A DNA stretch of 64,000 bases from Phoronis australis (Eukaryota; Animalia; Phoronida). This document shows positions 1 through 11,200 of this stretch, piece after piece (position 1 is the stretch's first letter; each line of letters opens with the position of its first letter). A program made the position numbers and the translations under genes. The DNA lies in the NCBI GenBank assembly GCA_002633005.1, contig NMRA01000613.1, positions 62,001-126,000 of the forward strand. Reading direction: 5' to 3'. The notes under the pieces were generated by a model, which saw only the letters and a program-made list of their open reading frames with translations, did no database searches and was not told the DNA's origin.

Positions 1-659
1 GAACTCCTGAGGTCGGTTGCTGGTTCGAACCTTTTATGCCGATGGTGGTATTTGCACCTTTTGCACGCCCTTGTCTACATAAATGATACAGGGTAGGTAC
101 ACACATGCTAACAATACATCGAAATTTCTTTTTGCTGCGATTTCACTAATCGCCAGATGGTGCTACGCAGCCTTACCACTATAACTAATGAGTACCAGAG
201 ATGCATGAGTAAAGGCCCAGGGTGTATATTTCGAAGAAGTCGGGTTAGGGGTCAACAATACCGGAACATTTTCTTCATGAATCGAAACAACATTGCCACT
301 TTTACATCACAGTCTCTGATTGTCAATTCAGGTGGAAATTTATTGCACGAACGGTTTTTATTGTCCATTTCCTATTCAACATGCAATTGTTTCCAAACGC
401 CCCTGACGTAGTATCTGCGCAATACACTGTATGTACCCTGGCTTAGGACGGGCCTTTATGCAGAAAAATACGATAGTGTATTTGATGGGAGAGTAGCGTT
501 AGAGTGAAGTTGTGTGGTTGAAGCAAATAAGTGCACGAACTGAAGCCTTAGCACAAGGACATCCTTGAAACGTGCAACTGCGCACAATTCTGTTTTGATT
601 GAAGCAAGTACATTGTAACTGCGTAAGGAACGGGTGTCCAAAGAATCTGGACTCACGCG

Positions 660-1694
660 TCACAAAATTAAAGTTACTGGGATCTGGCCAACGGCATGTT
701 TTCTCAGAAACTCGTGATAGGCAGCTTCGTCAAACGGCTCATAACAACTGCTACTGTCTGAGTCCGAGCTGCTTTCGCATTCATCGCCGTCGTCACTTCG
801 TCTGGAAAAAAACTGACTGCCATCAAATCGATTGTCCGTATCTTCGTTTACTTGAAATATGGTAGCGACCGGTGGAATCGGTCGTCGAGCTCGCCAGGTA
901 CCTGACAAGTTCATCGATTTCAACAAGGTGCCGACTCGAAACCTTGGCCACGTCAAAGTTGATTCTCCTTCATCATGTCGGCCATCTTGCAACGTGTCTT
1001 TCAAGTTTTTGGGTAGCTCCTCATTGTTGTTATGAGAAGTATTTTCTCCAGCCAAGTCACTAAGTTCATCTCCTTTTTTTAAGTCGAGGTCTCCAAAAGT
1101 TTTGCCCAATATCCGTTCATCACGTATTCCGTAAATCAAATTTGTGTACTGTTTTGGGACTTCTGGCTCGCGTTTAGGCCTCGAGGCGCATTTCCCTGCA
1201 TATCCCAAATGAAACTGAACACGGGAACTGCTGCTACGACGAAGAGACACTCCTATTTTACTCAAATCTTCAACTGGTTGAGGTCTATTAACTCTGCCCT
1301 CAACGGGTAAGATTGAGTTCTTACCGTAAGTAAAATACTGTTTCGCGGCATATCTCGCCGAAGAAGGCAGAGATGCGGTTTTCATCCGGGCGCTTAGCTT
1401 CTCGTCGTCACTTTTGGTCGAAAATCCCATTATTTGATCAAAATGAGCGACGTCAAGCGAAGAAAACGATCTTGGTATGTAGGTGCTTATCGTATTTGGC
1501 CTTTGCATTGAGAAATTGGGCGGTAAAGCGTCATTCGTTGGCTGTACGGTATAACATCCTCGTCTCCGCGATCGTTTTCTTTTCTTTTTGAAGTCATTTT
1601 CATTGCAACAGGGCAGACCGCACGTGTGACCGGGAGGGTCGTGTGCAAAGGCGCACGATCTGTCACATATTGTGAACAGTACTCGCTTCTTTAT
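660..1694 (-). CDS. Orphan ORF / probable terminal exon of an uncharacterised gene
   Basis: 366-codon open frame (660-1760), by far the longest non-gap ORF and CpG-richer than the introns; strong acceptor ttttgtttcag| at 1695 in phase 0; two minus-strand AATAAA at 339-344 and 357-362; no domain recognised. Confidence 0.6.
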   Translation of the reverse strand: MKKRVLFTICDRSCAFAHDPPGHTCGLPCCNENDFKKKRKRSRRRGCYTVQPTNDALPPNFSMQRPNTISTYIPRSFSSLDVAHFDQIMGFSTKSDDEKLSARMKTASLPSSARYAAKQYFTYGKNSILPVEGRVNRPQPVEDLSKIGVSLRRSSSSRVQFHLGYAGKCASRPKREPEVPKQYTNLIYGIRDERILGKTFGDLDLKKGDELSDLAGENTSHNNNEELPKNLKDTLQDGRHDEGESTLTWPRFRVGTLLKSMNLSGTWRARRPIPPVATIFQVNEDTDNRFDGSQFFSRRSDDGDECESSSDSDSSSCYEPFDEAAYHEFLRKHAVGQIPVTLIL

Positions 1695-2516
1695 CTGAAA
1701 CAAAATGGAATATACTAACATAGATTTCCTTCTAATTTTTGATAACATGTTTCTTTTCAAAACAGATGTCTATGACAAGAATTAATTTAAGCCGTCCCAC
1801 ACCTCTGCACATGACTGGGATGTAAGTGTTCTCGTCTCAGCCGCCATTACGGATCTGATGGCAAAAGGCGTTAGCGATAGCCCTTATACATTATGCGGTA
1901 GTCGCATTTGGCGGGAGACGTCCACCTTGGTACCCCTAATTGAGCACCAAAGCAGCCTTGAAAATTTAACTACATATATTGTCAAAAATCTCAGGTTCAT
2001 TGCGTTCGAGGTATTATTCCCAGTGGCGGATTTAGGGGGGGGGGGGNTTCTGGTCTGGTCTGCTTCTGTGCCCAGGCAAGTTACGTAAGTGCATACGTTT
2101 CCGTACACGAAAACATTATGATTTAGGCAAATGAGTTTCTAATCTAAGTTCAAATTTGATTACACCCAGATTGGACCTAAAAACTCCAAATTTCGATTTC
2201 AAAATATGTTGTTTTTAGCTTCAATGATAGGGTCATTAAGTGCAGGTTTAGGCTTAGAGAGTGATCCTCCTACTAAACGATTATGTTCCGGAGTATAGAA
2301 TAGTAAGCACTTATCTCGAGTTCGCACATAAGTAGTCTGAAAAATGACAAAAATAACTTGGGAGTTTGATCTAGATTATATCAGTCCCCGGTCCCAGCTA
2401 TGTTCGGAACAAAGGACGGTCACCAACACCTACATAACACACTAAGCATTGTACTCACTTTGACTTCCAGTCATTTTGACAGCATGCATAAACAACAGAA
2501 AATAAGAATATAAAGA

Positions 2517-2522
2517 TTTATT
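2517..2522 (-). promoter_or_regulatory. Probable poly(A) signal of the echinoid-like gene (3'UTR ~2.5 kb)
   Basis: AATAAA on the minus strand followed by a U/GU-rich stretch (tcttattttctgttgttt). Confidence 0.6.
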
Positions 2523-4422
2523 TTCATTTCTGACAAATACAACAGAGGTGTCTGAAATACATGCAAAAGCTCCAGTCTGAGGTTATATAAAACATGCTAA
2601 AAGAAAATTTACATATTTACATGTACCTTTAGCAAAATTCATTTCTCTAATTTGCAGATAAAAGCCAAGAAATTTACATTAAAGAGTATAAAAATTGAAT
2701 AAAAGATAACGATTAAAAAGGAATTCGAATGTATTTCACTTAAGAATCAACAACATTACAATCTAAATGCATTTGTGAGAATATTTAATAATTGAAACCT
2801 AAACCAAGTTTCTTTTAATGTATAACACCAGTAGCTCCCACAACCAGATTCTCTCCATGTTTCTTACAACACGACTTTCTTATCTCCCTATCCTACCTAA
2901 AACTAAGTTCCATTAAAACACTAAGCTATTACTCCAGTGCAGAACTCATAACACACATACACACAGCCTGTACACAGCATTTGAAGAAATTGAATTTCGA
3001 CATACACTGAACCAAAGCACCACATTAGAGGAGTTAAGAGTACTGGGCTTGCCTAAGTACTGGCAAATGCGACCTAGTTCAGTCCCAGACTGGAAGACAT
3101 TTAATATCCAATGGGGAGGGGGGATTGTGAGGGGAACAGCAACTCCATCTAAGGAGAACATTTACAACAACATGTCAGTTCAACTTTCGTAAAAACAATT
3201 GGGTGAGTAAAATGTTGCTATTGGGAAAACAAGCACCAATGTTGACCAATTAAACATCGGTGACTCGATTCCACAACTTACACCTCTCATTAGTTTTTAT
3301 CCGAAAGTTTCACCTGGATGGTTTGCTATTTTGCTTGATGCAGCAAAATTTTTTGTTGAATCATTACAGCAATAAGGTGTCTTGTGTTCTACATCAGATG
3401 TAGTACACATCCAATTAGGGGATTTCGTCTATGCCACTGCTGCTTTTGTTATGCAAATGCATTATGGGACAGTCGCCGGATCTGGTGACATCACATAAAA
3501 CTTACACACAATATGGACTGAAAACAACACTCATCACTAGAGGTCACTGTAACTGAAAGTCTGAGCACACTGCAACGTGCTTTTGGTGGGAGAGTGATAA
3601 AACAAAAATCACATAAGCAATAAATTGAACTGAACCACAAAATGCATCAAGTGAACACATAAACTTTTAGCCAAATCTTTTGTGAGAAAGATTCTCGACG
3701 AATACACCATTCCACCAGGCACCAGGATGATCTTAAATCTCACCACCCAAAGTGCCAGGCCTGCATTCATTTGTTGCCGTGCTTTACAAACGAAATGCAT
3801 GGTCACACTAACACCACTCGCTTAATTCTTGCACCTACAGAAAACAATCCACGTCTATACATATCTCCAAGATTCCAGTGACATCAGCAGAAGTTTACGA
3901 GCCGACAACAATTCCACAATGCAGTTGAAAAACAACCAACAGCGCCCCTACTGAGTAAGTTTTGACATAGATGAAATCCCTTGAATTGCACCTACCAATA
4001 CAATGAGCTCAAGGTTGAACCTTACTTCACAACTTCACCAAACTGCAGTAACCATATTATAACACTGTATACACCTGCCACCTCTTGGGGAGCAAACAAA
4101 CTAACACAAAGTATAAACGCTACCTCAGAACTAAAATCTCCTAAATCAAAATACAATTGCAATTATTTACATATTTGGCAAAATATCAGCTCAGTACAAA
4201 AAACAATTATCGATATCTGACTATTGAATTGTACATTTTCCACATTAATAATATCGAGAAACATATCCTCTAAAAATTTCATACCTAATACCCACAGGGT
4301 GAGTCCCCTATTAATCTCTCAGAGACAGCATTAAATCTAGTTTGATAATATCAATATACTAACTCCCAATATGTTAGGATTTTCAATGAATATTAATGCA
4401 ACAACTTTCTTCAAGCATAATG

Positions 4423-4520
4423 ATATCGAATGGTGGATATCACACTCTATGGTAGATATAATACCGCATTGTGGATATCATCTCATATGGTGGATATCAT
4501 CTCATATGGTGGATATCTCG
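4423..4520. repeat. ~19-bp degenerate tandem repeat in the 3'UTR
   Basis: Unit tggatatcatctcatatgg, ~5 copies. Confidence 0.8.
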
Positions 4521-5046
4521 ATACCAAATGAGAGATATCATCAACTAAAGTTCACGCTAGCAATCTTGGTCAGGAACAAATGCAACCCAAACATGACCGG
4601 CAATGAAAACTTGTTGCTACAATCAACGCCAAAGCTGACGAAACACACATGGAGATGACAACTCGTTTTGTTTTGTCCCATTTCTACAACAATCTCTCTT
4701 CGATCTTGTGTGCACAAGGAAGAGTTCACGTGATACAAAACCAATGTTGAGTGCTGTCACACTAATTATGTAGTCCTGTCAACAGAGTGCAGTGGTGGCC
4801 GCAACATGAGCACAGACACAACAAATGGAAGAAACGACGGTGACGACGACGACTGAGCTAGGACATCTGCACAACATTGGCACTTGGTGATATGTACTGA
4901 AAACACGACACGTTTGATGGGCGATGTCAAGATGAGGATGACAATGATGGTGATGACGACAATGATAACAGGGAAGCGAGGGAACGTCCAATCACAATCA
5001 GCCGTGACCTGTGCTGCAGCACTAGCAAGCAGACAACAAGAGAGGA

Positions 5047-5228
5047 TCATACGATCACTTCGTAAATAACCTTCTTGGGTTTGCTGGGGTCGGGTGTTGA
5101 GTAGCCACTCTCCATCCCACTGCGACTGGTGTCCAACTTGTTATACGGGTCATACGGGTTGTGGTACGGGCTCATGTTGTGGTATGGCTGATGCTGTGTT
5201 GGTGATCGTGAACCGGCGTAGGAATAAT
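5047..5228 (-). CDS. Terminal coding exon with PDZ-binding C-terminus
   Basis: ttccag|AT...TGA (5047-5049); DYSYAGSRSPTQHQPYHNMSPYHNPYDPYNKLDTSRSGMESGYSTPDPSKPKKVIYEVIV*. Confidence 0.94.
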
Positions 5229-8200
5229 CTGGAAGAAAAATAAATAACTATGATCCATGACTCAAATATTGAGTAAACATAGTAGTGTCATAGGCTGATT
5301 CTTCACAATAAAGTTTAAAATGTTTGCACAATACAGACCTAAGTGCTTATAATTAGAGCTAAGCAGCTGCAACCTCCCCTTCCGTCACAAAACTAACTTT
5401 CGATGTAAAACACGACTAACAATTTTTCTCAAATTGTTCCTCAGTTAAAAAAGAGAATTTTTAGGCTGAAAAACCCGACGACTGACAATTGGTCATTGCT
5501 TTACACTATAGGCCACAGAAGTTAGCTTGTTGTCATGGCTGGTTATTTTATGCGGCGGTCATGATCACAATCAATAACGCACTGTCAGTTTCCTCCTAGT
5601 CCAGGGACTACTTCCCATCTGAGTAATTAAGTTGAGACCACTTTTATGACAATAAGTGGACAGGTCTAAATCAAATTTTGTCGCTTTGTTGGAATATGGG
5701 TTAGTGGCTGCTTTAAAGAAATCACAACCATTGGCACAATACACGCAGCACAACAAATAATAACAAAACAGTAAATAAATGAATACTCAAAGAGATGAAA
5801 TGTCATATCACAACAGTAGAAACATGAAAATATCGCCAAAATTCAACTGGTTTTACAAAAGTTGAGGTCAAACTAGGATAGCAAATATTCAGAATGCACA
5901 TTCATCTAATGATGGATGCTAAGGTCAAAAAAGCTGATTCTGGTCCATTTTTTAAATGGAGCCGATGGTGCAGCACTTATAGTTTCTCGCCAATTCAAAA
6001 AAGAAAATCAACCTCCTGAAGCGACCAAAAAGTTGCAATGTTTTTCCTTCTTTTTTACTCATAGTTTTGCAAATCCTGGCGTTTCAAACTTTGGTTGCCC
6101 TTGCTTATTATGGGCCTCTGTGCAGCATTTCAAAAAAGACAGGTGACCTTGACTGTAATTGATGAGGGTGGGCATTTTGTCCTTTCTTTTTTATCTGATT
6201 AGTGAATACAGGTCTCAAAATGAGTCGGAACAAAATTTGCTTTTATGGCCTTGCCTTACTGCAAACATGCAAAACTAACTTGAAAAGAAACACAACTCAA
6301 GCACACCACACAAAAATTGGAGAGACAGGATAATGCCAAGGAGGTTGGGGCCTACAGCAGAGTAAAAACTGGCATAAAACCTTGCCTTCACATTTCATAC
6401 ATACCAGGTACATCAAAACTCCTATGAGTTAGTTCGTCTTCATTTATTATATTTTGTTTATCGTAGCTTGTGGAGTCAAGAGAATTATCAGGCGAGTTGT
6501 CTTGCAGTCTACCCCTACCGTCGGGGTATGGCGTGTAGGGTGGGGCATGCGGGGCGTGTCCATTACCCACGTGACCGTTGGGTTGGGCGACGTGCTCTAA
6601 CATTGTATAGTTATCTGTAAACACAGAGACGTGCACACTGTCAGCTCAAACACCGGCGCACAATCATAATGCAGGACTGCATGAACACGGCACAAAGCTT
6701 CGAGTCACATCTACAAAGATTAGCTTCAACCAATTTTGAGTAAGTCTGGAGACACCTGGAGTTGCTGAGGTGTTTAACAACCAGAATAGTTTACCATCAT
6801 GGTTCAAATTCAAATGCACTCAATTTGTGGTTGTTTCCTAGATATTTCTCTTATATAACGAATCCGTAGTTGACTAGAAGCCTTTACCAGACATTGGCTA
6901 CTGCATAAGCCTTTTGTAAACAAGACAGAAACACAATGTGCAATGGCAGCCACTGCATTCAAACAAATATACACCAAGATACAACAACAGGTTTTGACAA
7001 AGAACAAACCACCTTAGTCTACTGAATATTTTGTGTTGCAAAGTTACTCTGCAACCATATTACAAGAATAGCGTGCATGCACAAAGTGGCTTTAGATTGC
7101 ATCGCTGTGTAACGTCTAAATACCTTATTAGTTTTTTAAAAATGTCAGCAAATAGTTCACAACTGATAGACAAGTTTTCAAAAAATCATCCCTTCTCCCT
7201 TTCGCTAGTAATAAATCTAGTGTAACTTGGTGACATGACATAGTTACGATAGGCTTCTAATAAGCGAGAGACAAACAATAGTGAGTGGCCAACATGCATG
7301 TAATGTCTAACCAACATAGGTGATGCAGAAATTGCATTTTTTCACTATATGACAAGTTCTAGTAATTTATCAGCCAAATTTCATGAAGATCCATCAAGGA
7401 ACTTAATATCAAGGTCCACGTATAGAAAAACAAAATTGCCAGTTGACATGCGATTGCAGTAGTCATTTCTGTCCCAGAACTTGCATCAGTTGTACTCCTC
7501 TCGACAAAAACACGATACAAATTTCATCAAAGAACTTAGTATACACTGAACCACTAGGGGGCACAACAGAAGTCGGGGATGTCCGCAAGTTGTCACCATC
7601 CATTGTCACATTCATAGAAATACACTTGTCAAAGATCTTGCAAGGGGTTCTGGAGAAACAGCAGACACAAAATAACAGAACAGCCACTAGGGGGGCCATC
7701 CACCAATCATCATCAGTTTTGCTCTTCCCATTTGGAACACATATTTTCACAATGATCCTTGGGGCGTTTTGGCTGATAGAGATGCCCATACCAAAAACAG
7801 ACGACGAAAAGACCAAATACAATAAAAATGGTTACCAGATGGCGTAAATTATGTCAAAGCCATTTGAAAATGGGAAGGTGCCATCGCCTATATCACAGCA
7901 ACATATTTGTCAAATTTCATGAAAATCTGCCCAGGAACTTCACAAATGCAGAGGAAAGTACAAAAATAGAATTTCAACTATGGAGCGCAGAGCTAGTCGG
8001 ACCCATCCATAAATTCGCTCGTGCTGTCCCATTCACAATAGAATCATGTCGGCAAAACTGTATGAATATCCACCCAGGGGTTTTAAAGATACAACAGTGT
8101 ACAACGGGTGTGCGGACCATGGAGTGTGATGCGCCCATATATATGTGGACACATAAAATCAGTATCATTTGCAACACGTACTAAAACAGATGATTAAAAA

Positions 8201-11200
8201 TCAGTGTAAAATCAACTTAACAAGAGTAGATGACTTTTAAAAGTGGAGGTGACTAAAACCAGTCTTCTGGCATGGTCTGACTCAACACAGAAAAGCTAAC
8301 CAAAATATGTACCTGGCACATTACATAACTGAAAAATAACTATTTAACAGAAACGCCAAAACAACTAAAAGAGGAAGTCAGATATGAAAGTAACAAACTT
8401 AATCTAGCTATTCTGCAAAAGAAAAACATAAACTCACTAAAAACCTCAAATAATTCATGTGAGAAAACTGTATCTAAGTTAATAATAGGGAAAGAGTCTA
8501 TCATGCAGCGTGACCACAGTTTTAAAGACTATAAATTCTTTAGGATGAAAACGACACATTTCAGAAAAGTAAAAACTAAGGTCCAGTTTGTTTTACATGA
8601 CACAAACGCCTGGGCTTAGTGATACTTTTATCCAGTTAATTAATAAATTATTTCCCAGTGAGGAATTGAGTTTCCAAGAACTAGAAAGAAAAGGAACAAA
8701 TTAATTTTAGGAAACAAAACAAAATAAACCAAAAAAGTCCAAATGGGGCAAACGGTGAATTCTATCCACATACACAAAACAATATTATTATCCAGATAAC
8801 AGCACAAGCCATCTGCAGATTCTTAGTAGTTCCAGGCAGCATTAAACTTAGCCGCATTTATGGAACATCACCAGTAATTTCTGCATAACATTGCTTGTCG
8901 TTAACTAGCTATTCTAAACAAAGTGTCTACCGTGGCCATAACATCCCAGGCTTTTTCTAGCTATTCCAAAGATACAGTGTCTACCGTGGTTGAGAAATGA
9001 GCACCCATCTCACAAGCTAACCTGATGGCTACAAAAATTTCCATCTTTACATCCCCAGTACGCCAGGCATTTTTGGAAAACATCTGCTGCTACTGTTCAG
9101 CATAAATTAAATCTTATCAACATAATGTATGCATCCTGTTTGTGAAACAGACCCAATAGAAAACACTACCAAACTGTGACAATTGACTTATGCGATGTGA
9201 TTGTTCAGCTTTTCTCACATTAAGTTTCACGGTAATGTTTTTCTCGTTTCCTGAGTCAATAAAAATCCCCATGATACACAAAGCTACTGTGTTCCCCAAA
9301 TTAAAAGTGAAGAATTCACAACAACTGGCCCACAAGATTCTGTTTTTTCCCACTACACCAAGCTAAAGGTTTAACACTTGCAAATGCCAACAAACAAAAG
9401 ACTACTGCAAGGCTTGATTTCAACCCATGTTCCTATTTTAGACATGAGCGAGATTGTCTCTAATATAACTGACTAGACTGAGCGTGGTCAGTTATTTTGT
9501 TACAACCGCATCATAAGTCAATGGCAAAAAGCAAAACCTCTTATTAGTTACGGATAGCTCAAGAAACACATTATAACATCATGATGTAAAATATTTTGAA
9601 TCCACCTTAAGCTAGTGTTACAGATGCTGAATCCTTGTTTTTTACAATTTTTTTGATAGGTTTTGAACTGTTTGCAATTGTAAATATACAATATTTTACA
9701 AGTTTCCATAATGGTTTTTTCCAGAACATGTTGAAGGCACCGTCACCACGTCACAGCTCCAAGACTTTTTTGCGGACACAATATTTTTTACAGTTATTGT
9801 TAGAGAATTCAAGGATAAAGCACTTTGGAGATTCACTTCAACATATAACATACAGTAAATTTGGACTCATTTTAACTGACTTGTTCGCCGAACTCGGATG
9901 TAGCAACTTCAAATAATCATTCATGCATCAATACATTCAATCAGGAACAGGACTATTTCCTTCCCTTAGCAATTCCCACTTTCTCTACACAAGTTAAAAC
10001 TGCAACTACTGCTACAACTATTACTACCGATGTTACATTACTAGTGACTAACTTTTAACTAACATTACTAATTTCTATGTTTGCAGCAACTAATTTTTGT
10101 GCTAAACTAACTATTGTTCTCAGTAGTGCACACTTTCATGCAGTGAGTTCGAAACCAATATGCACAGGCTTTAGTGTGTTGAAACTAGTCATCAATGTTA
10201 AGTTCAGAGTCAGGAGTCATGCCAGAAGACAGTTGAGCCTGGGAGAGCTTTTGCAACTCGGGACCATGAACAAGTGTAGAGTAGCAACAATGAAACTTCA
10301 ATTTCCAAACAATCACCACACTTCTCAAAGTGAATGGAACTGCCACAGAACACGTGATCATATTTCAGAGTTTTTTGACACAAAAGCTCTCTCGCATTAA
10401 TTTCAGTAACATCCACCTTTTCCAGTCACACTCCTTGCACACTCACACGCATGCGTGCTGTCGGCCGGGTGACTAAAGACTCCCTCTGTTGTAGGGTCAT
10501 CAAGATCTATACCTGGATTATCGTAGCCACGCTGTTTGCTCGTCTGAGATGCATCTAGAACAGGCTGTGTCCTGCGGCTAAAATAACCAATGGGGGCAGA
10601 GTTACACCACCAGCATGGAACTGAGGGTATTAGCGGCACGCTGATTAATTAACAACTATACAAAGAACAGACTGTCTTTCTTAATGAACTGAATTTTTAT
10701 TATTTCTTTCACTAGTTCACTATGACAGAACAGGCGCTAGTTCCTGTTTGCACTATAACCACCACTCCGTCACCAATTTGATTGCAATTCTTCGACTCAC
10801 AAACAGTTGCATTTCACATTTCCTGTTAAATTTATACTGTGCATTATATCGGTGGATCAAACATGGCCAACATCAAAGTATGATAAAATAGGAGTGACAT
10901 GTCCATGTATGTTATGAATCATTCAATCAGTACGAGGATCATGAGCAGAAAATTATGTCATTACAAAACTTACGAGACATGAAAGGGAACATTTTTCCAC
11001 CCTCTGCTGGCTTTTTCAAGTCTGTGCGACCCCTGGTGGATTCAATTGGAGTTGAGAAATCCACCAGAGGTCACACTGGCTAGAAAAGGCCAGCAGAGCA
11101 TGGCAAAACATTGCCGTTCATCTCAAGTAAGTTCGGTAATGGCAAACAATTTTCAGCATAAGAGTGACATTGTTTATTACACTAAAAATAACACCAATGA

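Noticed and set aside
1-60. GGTTCGAACC B-box-like motif suggesting a tRNA
   Set aside because: No cloverleaf can be built; at best a truncated SINE head at the window edge.
2021-2047. cagtggcggatttaggggg... MITE-type terminus
   Set aside because: Truncated at an N in a poly-G tract; no partner TIR visible.
4766-5069. Hydrophobic or His-rich ORFs overlapping the stop codon
   Set aside because: They derive from GAT/GAC low-complexity sequence in the proximal 3'UTR.
8308-8325. 16-nt AG/GT-flanked segment (similar ones at ~10801 and ~14971)
   Set aside because: Lengths not divisible by 3; inclusion would frameshift an otherwise consistent model.
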